Of a DNA stretch of 64,000 bases, positions 12,237 through 23,181 are shown one piece after another. The stretch comes from Leucoraja ocellata (taxonomy: Eukaryota). The stretch's first letter is position 1. Each line of letters begins with the position of its first letter. The notes under the pieces are model-generated. The model had not been told where the DNA came from and did no database searches. It saw only the letters and a list, made by a program, of their open reading frames with translations. Both the position numbers and the translations under genes were made by a program. The DNA lies in contig JAWMAR010000165.1 in the NCBI GenBank assembly GCA_036785375.1, positions 4,588,001 to 4,652,000 of the forward strand. Direction: 5' to 3'.

Positions 12237-12905
12237 TCAAGTTCAAGTTCAAGTTCACATTTATTGTCACATGCACCAATTAAGGTACAGTGATATTTGA
12301 GTTACCATACAGCCATAGGAGTAAAAATAACACAATGCACGATAGAGTGTGACATAAACATCCATCACAGTGGAATCAACATTCCTCACTGTGATGGAAG
12401 GCGATAAATTTCAGTCAGTCTTCCTCCATTTTTTTCACACATGGTCAGGGCCTTGAACTCTCTGCAGTCGCCACTACGGACAGCCCGATGTACAAGCCCT
12501 CTCATCGGGATGATCAAAACTCCAACATCGGGATGGATCAGAACACGCTCCGCGGCTTGGAGTTCCCCAATCGGCTGCTTCTTACCGGAGACCGTGGCTT
12601 CACGATTTTAAGGACAGCGGTCGGAGCACTTCTTCTGGCGATCCCCGGCAAGGGATCCCAGGCTCCGTGATGGCAAGCCCGCGTCGTGCCCGTGGCTAGA
12701 AGCTCCAAAGACCGCTGCAGTCAGCAGGCCCCCGCGGTCGGAGCTCCAACACTGGCGACCCTCGGTAAAGGATCCCAGGCTCAGTGATGGTAAGTTCGCG
12801 CCGCGCCTGCCGCTGAAGCTCTGGGCCGGTCTCTGGTCTGGAAAGGCTGCACCAAACCAGCTGTTAGGCCGCAAGGGGGGATATGGGACAGGGAGAAAAG
12901 TTGCA
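12237..12905 (-). mobile_element. Non-autonomous GC-rich retroposon with (AACTTG)n tail (copy 2)
   Basis: caagttcaagttcaagttcacatttattg (minus-strand AATAAA plus hexamer tail); homologous to 8839-9607. Confidence 0.6.
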
Positions 12906-12985
12906 TTTCCAAAGGTTACTACATGGCAAGCATCGATTTAAAAGATGTTTACTATACAATACCCATAAGAGGTGACCACAGATGT

Positions 12986-13988
12986 TGTAAGTTATTAGGG
13001 CAAATCCTCCAAAATTATGGAAGAACTCGGATAAGGACATGGATATTTAAAAAGGACAGATTTGCTGGCTGCAACGGAAAAACCCCCAATCCACAGAAAG
13101 AAGCAGTTTCAAGTTTCAAACCTGTCTGGCCTGTGGACTTGGGCATCACACCCCTAAGCGAATGGTATGGACAGGAAAGGCTGAGACGGAAATAACGAGA
13201 TTATCTTGGATACACAAAGGAAGTAACCAAGCCTCAGCAGACGGTGGTAAACAGGTCAGCACAAGCACAATCCCCATCTTGGATGACCCATCCATTGAGA
13301 CAATAGGAGCCCATCCAGGCGATGGGATAACGATCAGGCTGAGGGATCATGACATCAGCAAACCCCTTATCATCGGAAGCCTAGTGTTCATGCCAGATCG
13401 AAACTGGGAATCATCAAAAGAACCCTTTTATCCAGAGGACCACCTGGGGGTTTCAAAGGAAGCTCAAGTATAAAAACAGGAGTCAAAACAGAACTCTTTC
13501 TCTTTCTGCTCTGCTGGACAGCTCGTGGGCCTGTATCGACCTAGCTGTGAGTATCCCGGTGACCTGGTGAAATTCCCGAAATAGGATAGAGGTTGAGAAG
13601 ATAAAGGGGAAAGGGGGGTAAAATTGCTTTACGACGTGCCCGATAGTTTTCTGTCCATAGTCTTAGTTTAAAGCATAAGTTTAGCCATGTATTATGTAGT
13701 GTTGGTGAGATTCGATTTCTCATTGTTTAATAAAGCCTGTAAATTTTAGACTTGCTTTGAGTCCATCTTGGTTTCTGTTTTCTCTCATCGGCACACTCTG
13801 GTCAATTCAAACTTTTTATCATATCCCACCATAATTCCGAGGTCTAGAACCTAAGGGAATCCCATTTTGTATTCTCTCTCTTGGAACCGCTCGAGTGGAG
13901 TGGTGGCCGTTTGACCCTCCGACAAGGGAGAGAATAATTCGGGTGGTTGGGCCCGAAGTGGAGTAAAGGGAACCGCAAAACCCCTACA
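12986..13988 (+). mobile_element. Solo LTR (1003 bp) of an LTR retrotransposon or ERV
   Basis: Termini TGTA...TACA; 4-bp TSD ATGT at 12982-12985 and 13989-13992; TATAAAA at ~13469 and AATAAA at 13729-13734; the DIRS RT reads through once it is removed. Confidence 0.85.
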
Positions 13989-14732
13989 ATGTTATTTAAC
14001 ACAATGGATTATCTGGGGTTCATCATTAACTCAGTTCACATGTCAGTGACATTGCCGAAAGAAAAGGTTACAGCCTTAATAGAGGCTTGCAGCAAAATCA
14101 TTGACATCACTAAACCATCCATCAAACTGGTAGCAAGAATAATTGGCAAAATAGTGGCTGCGTTTCCAGTTCGGACCTTTACATTATCGAAATTTACAGA
14201 GGGTTAAAATACGAGCACTCAAACATTTATGGTGGTCATTTTGACAATGAAGCTACCAACAGAGGCCATAATGGAACTAAAATGGTGGAAAGATAACATT
14301 AGGCATTGTTCCAATCCAATCATTGTCAGCAACCCATCTATGGTACTACAAACTGATGCCAGTGCACTTGGTTGGGGTGCTACCAATTCCATCTCCAGCT
14401 GTGGGGGAGATGGAATGCACAGGAGGCACCATTATTACAAACACTGTGCATAAACTACCAGGGAATGTTAAGTGCATTCCATGGCCTTAAGTCATATTGT
14501 TCTGGGTTATATCGCCAGCATGTTAGATTACAAATTGACAACACCACCATGGTAGCATATATCAACCATATGGGTGGAAACAAATCGACATCATGTGACA
14601 ACCTGGCCAACACAATTTGGCAATAGTGTACCCAGAGAGATATTTGGATATCAGCTACCTACTTACCAGGTAAACTAAATTTAGTGGCAGACAGTTTAGT
14701 GGTCATGCAAATTCAATGAAAACACTGAATGG

Positions 14733-15140
14733 ATGTTGGATAAAAATGTATTTGCTGAAATTACAGCACGGTATGGAACACGAGATATCGACCTATTCGC
14801 ATGCAGGCTCAATCACCAGCTATCGAATTATGTTTTATGGGAACCAGACCCTGGGGCAGCGGCGACAGATGCATTTTTGCTGCATTGGGGGAAATTGTTT
14901 ATTTATGCATTCCCTCCTTTCTGCCTCATCAGTCGGGTATTAAATAAAATACAGCAAGACTCTGCGTCTGGTATTTTGATAGTACACGATTGGCCTACTC
15001 AACCATGGTTCCCGGTGATACTCGACATGGTATTAGAACCATGCATCACCATCCATCATAGACCTAATTTACTGGTTCATCCCGCAACAAGGGAAAGTTA
15101 CCCATGTCATAATTATATAAACCTATTAACTTATAGAGTT
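14733..15140 (+). pseudogene. DIRS Dam-like adenine methyltransferase (MT) domain at the end of the RT-RH frame
   Basis: DIDLFACRLNHQL...DAFLLHW...YAFPPFCLISRVLNKI...WPTQPWFP, open across the domain. Confidence 0.85.
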
Positions 15141-16050
15141 GAAAGCACCTCTACTATACCTGGGACTGACGGACCGAACAGTGGAGATTATTTCAGTGGC
15201 CCACAGGCAGTTCACCAAAAAACAGTACTTGGTGTACATCAAGAAATGGGAAATGTACTGTCACGACAATAACATCACCCACAGATCTATGAACACCCCG
15301 TCTGTTCTGGAATTCCTGGCAAGCCTCCATTACGACGAGGGGCTCAGTGCCATCAACGGCGCCAGAAGCGCTCTGTCAACATACCTGTGGCAAGGAACAG
15401 AGCGGCATTCTGTTGGGACACACCCCCTGGTAACCAAACTCATGAGGGGCATTTTTAATGTTAATCCGCCAAGAACCACGTACTCCCAAATATGGGATGT
15501 GAGCATTGTACTGATGATGTGTGTAAGAATCTGGTCTCCAGCTACAGCTCTGTCCCTACAGAAACTGACTATGAAAAGAGTCATGCTGATGGGCTTGGTC
15601 ACGGCACAAAGGGTCCAGTCGCTACAGAAACTAAGGCTGGACAACATGACTATTTCATCTGGAAATGCAACTTTTCACATCACTGAATTAGTCAAACAGA
15701 ACAGAACGACAGCAGGCCTAAAAACAGAATTCAGGGCCTACCCGACAGATCATCGTCTCTGTATTGTAACACACTTACTATTATAAATGGAGTATACCAA
15801 GATCACCAGAGGCAAAGAAATGTCACTTTAATCAGTTACAAACAGCCACTCAAAACAGTGACAGTCCAGACCATCTCTAGATGGCTAATACAGGTCCTAA
15901 TAAAGGCTGGAGTAGACACTAGCATTTTTAAATCTCACACCACCAGGGCTGCAGCTACATCGGCAGCTATGAAGTGGGACGTTCCTATGGACCAAATCCT
16001 CAAAACAGCAGGATGGTCAACGGAGGAAACTTTCCAATGACTTTATAACA
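15139..16050 (+). pseudogene. DIRS tyrosine recombinase (disrupted)
   Basis: ORFs 15139-15786 and 15858-16040: SAM-like N-terminus (LSAINGARSALS), catalytic-type R (TAQRV), HxxR (SHTTRAA), AGWS; internal stops. Confidence 0.88.
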
Positions 16051-16677
16051 ATCCAGTCATTGAACCTGGAACATTTGCAGAAACAAATTTAAGTTCTATA
16101 ATATAATTTCCCCCATAAATAGGGGCAATAATTGGTGTTAATATTTTACCGTTGGGTTTCAATATTGTATTGATGTCTAATGATGCTAACTCTATTCTCC
16201 CCAAAATAAAGGCAGATGTGATGCATGGACTCGTTCCACGGCATGAAATCACAGAGCTTTAAAATCTTCACGTAGTCACTCACGTGACTCCGAAGTAAAA
16301 TAGTAAGATTAAACGAGAACTTACCAGTTTGAAGTTTGATCGTTATTTTATGAGGAGTAACGTTAAGGGAATAAGTGCCCTCCGCTCCCACCCTTGATCA
16401 TATACTCAACTGGTATCTCTTCTCTAATCTTACTATGTTTAGTCATTACAGTTATCTGTGATTTCACACCGCTGCTTTGAAGAATGACACGCATGCGTCC
16501 TGGTGGGGTTCTTCACGCATTCCCTTAACGTTACCTCTCATAAAATAACGATCAAACTTCAAACTGGTAAGTTCTTGTTTAATCTTACTATTTATCTGCC
16601 TAGTTCTGTAGCTAATCTATATCCCCTGTATACTTTTACAGCATTTCTCACAATCTACAACTCCACCAATTTTTGTG

Positions 16678-17325
16678 TAAGACGCAATCATATTCTACTT
16701 GGGTAGCTTACAACCCAATGGTATGAATATTGAATTTTCCCATTGAATTATAGTAATATTCCCATACCCTGCCTCTCTATCCTCTGCCAACACCCACCCA
16801 TTGTGCATATATTTCTCCCACCATCTCCTACCCTCCCAGTCATTTGCTCCTTTCCCTTCCTCCATATGGTCATCTCCCCCACTTCCCATCTCAGAGACCC
16901 AATTTCCCCTTCTTCCCCCTCTCCTTCCACATATATCCTTCCCTCCAGCTTTACATTTCACTTCTGATTTTCTCTCCTTATCTAACATCCTTTTGTCCCC
17001 TTTTCACCTCTTGCCTTTGTCACTTACTCCACCCATCTGCTGATCAAATCCCCACACCTGTATTCACCTATCACTTGCCAGGCAGGCTGTGTCCTGCCCG
17101 CACCTTTCTTTCCCAGCTTTCTCTCCCACACTCTATCAGTGTGAAGAAGGGACTAAGTGTAAACACCACTTGTCCATTCTCTCTACATATGCTGCCTAAC
17201 CCTCTGAGATTCGCCAGCATGTTGGAAAATCACTTGTCCATTCTCTCTACATATGCTGCCTAACCCTCTGAGATTCGCCAGCATGTTGTGTTTTGCTTCA
17301 GATACCAGCATCTGTTCTTCCTTTA
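16678..17325 (+). mobile_element. Penelope-like element 3' fragment
   Basis: IFYLGSLQPNGMNIEFS (C-terminus of the GIY-YIG ORF), pyrimidine-rich UTR and degenerate pseudo-LTR; ~55-bp direct duplication at ~17168-17224 and ~17231-17287. Confidence 0.75.
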
Positions 17326-18254
17326 CGGTCTTCACCTGACAATAAATCTGACTTTATTTTGCTGTCATTTTTCCCATTTCTGGTGAAGGTTCAATCGAAA
17401 CATTCTGACTTTCTTCCTGCACCAAGCCTACCCAACGTCCTGGTTATATACCGCACTTTCTGCTCACTTTTGTGTATTTCTGCTTTGAGCTCTCCCTTGG
17501 TCTTTTGATGCTGAGTCCCAGATTGGTTGTAAACAGATTCATTCTCTCTGCAGCGCCACTGCCAACAGTCATTTGGGGCTGCCGGTTATGGTGATATAAT
17601 TACAAGACTGAACAAGTGTTTTGGTTTGGTCTGTCTAATGACCTCATTAAGATTCCATTTCAAGATCCTTTTATGCTGATGACTGTGGAAACAGATATCA
17701 ATTTCCAGATGCTAATGAGGTAAATGCAATTTATTCCCAAATATCAAAGTTAAATTCCTTTGCCATTTAAACAAAATAAGTTGTTTCAAGCCGCGAACAA
17801 ACAGGAAACAGCGTAGATGCAGGATAGGAGAATTTAATATTCATGCTGTTGAGTTTTGAGCTACCCAAGCAGAATATGATTGCAATGAACACCAGAATTG
17901 CTAGGGTTGTGGACAGTGAGGAAGGCTGTCAAAGTATACAGTGGGATGTATATCAGCTACAGAAATGGGTTGAGAAATTGCAGATGGCGTTTAAACCGAG
18001 CAAATGTGAGATGTTGCACTTTGGGAGGTTGAAAGGGGAAAACATACAAGGTACAATTAGTTCCTACTGGCAAAATCAATGTAACAAAATTCTCTGCACA
18101 GCTGATGGATGTCAAACTGCATCCATACTCTCTATAACAGAAGCATTGTGGGGAGCTCTTTAAAGTAACCCCTTGGCTTCACACGACTGAGTCACGGCTT
18201 TGACCCATTATCCCCCAAAGCTCTACTAAACCACCATTCTTCTATGTACCCCAG

Positions 18255-19105
18255 ATAGGAAAAAAATAGTTAAGACAAATATGGGTCCCTTGAAGACAGA
18301 AACAGGTGAATTTATTATGGGGAACAAGGAAATGGCAGACGAGTTGAATAGGTACAGTACTTTGGTTCTGTCTTCACAAAGGAATACACAACAATCTCCC
18401 AGATGTATTAAAGGACAGATGACCTAGGATGATGGAGGAACTGAAGGAAATTCACATTAGTCAGGATCAGTCCTCGTCAGCATAGATTTACAAAGGAGAA
18501 ATCATGCTTAAGAAATCTTCTGGAATTTTCTGGGTGTCCTTGTACATCAGTCACTGAAAGTAAGCATGCAGATACAGCAGGCAGTGAAGAAAGCTAATGG
18601 CATGTTAGTCTTCATAACGAGATGAATTGAGTATAGGAGCAAGGAGGTCCTTCTGCAGTTGTACAGGGCCCTGTTGAGACCACACCTGGATTATTGTGTG
18701 AAATTTTGGTCTCCTAATTTAAGGAAGGACACTCTTGCTATTGAGGGAGTGCAGCATAGGTTCACAAGGTTAATTCCCAGGGATGGCGGGACTGTCATAT
18801 GATGAAAGAATGGAGCAACTGGGCTTGTTTTCACTGGATTTCACTAGAAGGATGAGAAGGGATCGTATAGAAACATATAAAATTATTAAGGGATTGGACA
18901 TGCTAGATGCAGGAAACATGTTCCCGATGTTGGGGGAGTTTATAACCAGGGGCCACAGTTTAAGAATAAGGGGTGGGTCATTTAGAACTGAGATCAGGAA
19001 ACACTTTTTCACACAGAGAGTTGTGAATTTGTGGAATTCTCTGTCTCAGGCAGTGGAGGCCGATTCACTGGATGCATTCAAAAGAGAGTTACATAGAGCT
19101 CTTAA
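18255..19105 (+). mobile_element. CR1 LINE ORF2 fragments (internally deleted)
   Basis: ORF 18783-19301 N-part (GLSYDERMEQLGLFSL..IETYKIIKGLD..TRGHSLRIRG..FFTQRVVNLWNSL). Confidence 0.85.
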
Positions 19106-19705
19106 GGGGCTGTCCCACTGCTGCAACCTAATCCGCGTGTTCAGAAGAGTGTCTTCGACATACAAGCTTGAGGGCATTCGCCTGAAAAACCACGAGCTGG
19201 ATCGACCATCAGCGATGAAACTGCAAGCTGGATCGACCGACCGCTCACACAAACACATTGCAAAGGCGGGGGCCAGGAAAAGTGGGGGCAGCGCTGTCTG
19301 AAATTCACACCCGCGATGAAAAGGGAGGTAAAAGACGGCTGCAACAGTTTACGGTAAGTCCTTTAGAGAGCACGGAGGGGGTGGAAGGAGAGAAGGGGAG
19401 AGAGGGGGAAATAAGGAGAGAGAAGGGGAGAGAAGGAGAGGAGGCACTTTTAAGAAGCCAGCCAACTTATAATAAAGATTAGTGGGCATTTAACCAACCG
19501 GTTGGTTTTCCTTGGTCCTGAAAACTCCAATGAGCCAATTAAAATGCCCGGTCAGCGAAGGAGATTGCCTACGGCTGCCCTCGACTGCCTGTAACTACAT
19601 AGCAACCCCTCTCCACTGCACTACGAGTTCAAAAGAACCATGCCGACCAATTATTACTAGCGGAACATTTTTCAACATGCTGAAAATGTTTCCGCAACCT
19701 AGCTG
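19104..19705. mobile_element. PIF/Harbinger-like MITE, one end visible
   Basis: Starts taa-gggg-ctgtcccact; internal palindrome atttttcaacatgctgaaaat shared with 37289-37578; superfamily assignment is inferred. Confidence 0.5.
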
Positions 19706-19897
19706 AGGAAAGACACAAAGTGCTGGAATAACTCAGCAGGTCAGGCAGCATTCCTGGAGAATATGGATAAGTGATGTTTTGGATCTGGAGCCTTCTTCAG
19801 ACCTGTTCTCCAGAGATGCTGCCTGACCTGCTATGTTACTGCAGTACATTGTGTCATTTTTTTGTAAATCAGCATCTGCAGTTTCTTGTTTCTACAT
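19706..19897. repeat. Palindromic Penelope pseudo-LTR derivative
   Basis: gacacaaagtgctgg.ataactcagcaggtcaggcagcat is the inverted copy of atgctgcctgacctgct..gttactgcagtacattgtgtc. Confidence 0.7.
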
Positions 19898-19944
19898 TCT
19901 CAAGATTCAAAGCACAGTCTCACCAAGGTTCTATACTGCAGCAT

Positions 19945-20785
19945 GACACGTCTGAGTTGGCAGGTTATGTTGCAGATGTATAAGGCATTAGTGAGACCTT
20001 ATTTATTGTATTGTGTTCAGTTCTGGGCATCATGTTATAAGAAAGATGTTTTCAAGCTGGAATGGGTTCAGAGAAGATTCATGAGGATGTTGCCAGGACT
20101 AGATTCATGAGGATGTTGCCAGGACTAGGGGGTCTGAGCTATAGGGTTGGGTAGGCTGGGACCCAGAAGGATGAGGAGTGATCTTATGGAAGTGTATAAA
20201 ATCATGAGAGGAATAGATCAGGTAGATGCACAAAGCCTCTTGCTCAGAGTAGGGGAATCAATGACGAGAAGGATATAGGTTTAAGGTGAAGGGGAAAAAA
20301 TTTAATTGGAATCTGAGGGGTAACTTTTTCACACAAAGGGTGGTGGTTGTATGGAATAAGCTGCCAGAGGAGATAGTTGAGGCTGTGACTATCCCAACGG
20401 TTAAGAAATAGTTAGACAGGTACATGGATAGGACAGGTTTGAGGGGGATATGGACCAAACGCAGGCAGGTGGAACTGGTGTAGCTGGGACATGTTGGCCG
20501 GTGTGGGCAAGAAGGGCAGAAGGGCCTGTTTCCACGCTATATCACTCAATGAATCTATGACCTCTCATACCACACACTGAGTAATGGATGTCTGGAACAT
20601 GCTGTCAGGAAAGGTGGTGGAAGCATATATGGTAGCAGTATTTAAGGGTGATTTAGACAAAGACATGAACAGACAGGGTGAAGAACGATACAGGCAATGT
20701 GCATTTTAAATTGACAACATGGTTAGCACAGACATAATGGGCCAAAGGGCCTGGTCCTGTGCTGTACTGATTTATTTTCTATGTT
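19945..20785 (+). mobile_element. Two CR1 3' fragments; 26-bp tandem duplication at ~20077-20128
   Basis: QMYKALVRPYLLYCVQFW..KLEWVQRRFMRMLPGL and a CR1 3' UTR. Confidence 0.8.
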
Positions 20786-21585
20786 TTGTTAAACATAATA
20801 GGAACCTTCAAGAATGGTAATACAATGTTTGTGGGTGACTTTAATCTTTACACAGATAGGATAATATGTTGTGAAGCAATGAGAGAAATGGTTATTTTAG
20901 ATCTCATTATGTGTAATGAAACAGGATTAACAAATGAACACATCATCAAGGATCCTCTGGGGAGGCGTGATAATAACATGATAGAATTTAATATTTGGTT
21001 TCAGCATGAAAAACCTCGGCCTAAAACTGGAGCCTGTAAATTAAATGAAGGCAATTGCAGAAATACGGTGGCAGAATGTACAAAGAGGGCGGGAAACAGC
21101 TTAGCAGGGGAGATAGTAATGGAAATGCAAAGAAATATTTCACAGTGCTCATGACGTACAAAATGTATTGTAATGAGAAATAAAGATTATTTGAAAAGGA
21201 CAATGCATTTTGTGATTAACTGAGTAACCTACGAAAGCGATCAAATTGAAAGAAAAACTGTATCTCTCTACGACTCTGTAAATAATCCAATGTTCATGAA
21301 GTTAGTCTCAGGCCAGAAGTTTGGGAAAATCTAAGAAAGCAGCAAAGAATTATTAAATAGTGAAAAGAAAGTGAAGATTATTAGAGTAAGCTATCAGGAC
21401 AATTAAAACAGAAATTCAACCTGTGTATAGGAAGTGGAACTGAGGAAAGTGACCCACAGATGAAGCAGCCGAAGCATTAATAATGGAATTTAAGGAAGGG
21501 GCAGAAATTTGAACAAAGATTTTGTATCTGTCCTCCTGATAGGATACTAATAATAGAAAACATGTGGACAAAATAGATAGATTAT

Positions 21586-22037
21586 TGAGGTTCCTCCCCT
21601 TATTTACTGCCTGAGGAAGAAAGGAAGGAAGGAGGGGAGGAAGGGAGGAACGTGGAGATGGAGCGAGGAAAAAGAGAGGAAGGGGATGCTTCACTATTGG
21701 CTTTGTACCCCGTTTACAGGTCAGGATGAAAACTGAACCAGCCAGCAGTGGACAAGCCTGAGATCATTAGCATCCCCTCACCTGCCAGAGACAATGAGGG
21801 ACTTTGCCCTCACATGGAGATCAACGCCCTACACAGCCAGCACTTCCCTTGAGATCAAGGCTGAGCTGCCGGTGCAAGCCTGACACCGCTAGAGTCTCCT
21901 CATAGACGATGAAGGAATGCACCCCCACGCAAACCCAGACCTAACCGTCCGTCACTATAAATAAATCTTTTCACGTGAGTTCACCCTATTATTAGTATGT
22001 CAGTGCTGTCATTGTTAACCCAGTGTCATCCCTGACA
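21586..22037 (+). mobile_element. Possible degenerate solo LTR
   Basis: Ends aataaa...ccctgaca; possible start tgagg with imperfect TSD TTAT/TCAT; the left terminus is poorly defined. Confidence 0.3.
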
Positions 22038-22409
22038 TCATAAGGGATATGGATCACATGCAGACAGAGAGGATTCTTTCAAATTGGCATCATGTTCTAC
22101 ACCGACATTGTGGGCCGAAAGGCCTGTTCCTGAGCTGCACTGCTCTATGTTCTATAATGTAAATTAGAGAATGGCAGACATAGAGGACAGTAGTATCAGG
22201 GCTTGGGATCAGTGCTGTTTGAAAGTTACAGAGTCACATTCACACAGCATGGAAACAGGACATTCAGCCCACCAAGTCCATGCTGACCAGTGGGCACCCA
22301 TTTCATTAATCCCATCTTCCAGCACTTGGTCCACAGTGATGGGGTGCCCATCAGGTCATTGTGGGCCAAAGGGCTTGTTCCTGTGCTGTACTGCTGTATG
22401 TTCTAAGTA

Positions 22410-22810
22410 CAATAAACCCTCGCAAGAACGGACCTTTATATAGCGGACTTTGGTTTAAGTGGACCGAGGCTCCCATTGCAATCCCCTCCCATTTCTGCCA
22501 GTAACCCACCAAGTTGGCTATACATGGCAGGATCTTCCAGTTGTGGGAGCGGAGAGAGTGAGCAACATGTAGGCAGTGTGTGAACCGGACCTGTCCCTGG
22601 CGCACCACTTGTGCGGATGGGAGCTCTACTGCACCCCGGCCTGTTAATTCCCCCTGATCTAATCCTCAACACATCCGCCCCTCCAACGCTACATTTCTTC
22701 ACTCCTGGACTTGAATTAAACGTTACTCCTTCACTCGGTTATAGCGGACAATCAGCAATAGCGAACAGTATCCCCCAACCCCTGTGGTCTGTTGTTGCAA
22801 GGGTTTATTT
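22410..22810. mobile_element. Tc1/mariner (pogo/Tigger-like) MITE
   Basis: TIRs caataaaccctcgcaagaacggacc / ggtctgttgttgcaagggtttattt, with TA on both sides. Confidence 0.75.
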
Positions 22811-22875
22811 TACCAGTGGAGTAGAGGGGGCAGACAGTCCTTGTCTGAGTTGACTAACCAGGTTGTGGGGATGAG

Positions 22876-23181
22876 TTAGACTTTACTTCAAATTTTCAAC
22901 TTTAGAGATGCAGCACAGAAATAGGCCATTCGGACCACCGAGTCCGTGCCAACCATCGATCAACCCATACACTATCTTACACACTTCGGACAATTTACCG
23001 AAGCCAATTAAACTACAAACCTATACGTTTTTGGAGTGTGGGGGGGAAAGTGGAACACACGGAACAAAACATACGCTGTCACGGGGAGAATGTACAAACT
23101 CCGAACAAACAGCGCCCATAGTCAGGATCAATCCCGTGTCTCGGTTGCTGTAAGGCAGCAACTCTACCACTGTGCCGCACC
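22876..23181 (-). mobile_element. tRNA-derived SINE (HE1/V-SINE-like)
   Basis: Minus strand ggtgcggcacagtggtagagttgctgcctta..gggattgatcctg (A/B boxes), central domain and CR1-like tail ggtccgaatggcctatttc. Confidence 0.8.

Larger units (their letters stand above)
12905..16592 (+). mobile_element. DIRS1-type tyrosine-recombinase retrotransposon copy A (5'-truncated, RT deleted, solo LTR inserted)
   Basis: RT YMASIDLKDVYY; RNase H LQTDASALGWGA and VRLQIDNTT; MT DIDLFA..YAFPPF; YR TAQRVQ, SHTTRAA, AGWS; ICR ~16265-16377 complementary to the right end ~16514-16592. Confidence 0.93.

Noticed and set aside
14733-16050. Prophage or bacterial contamination (Dam methylase plus integrase)
   Set aside because: Both domains lie inside DIRS elements with RT, RNase H and ICR, embedded in vertebrate repeats
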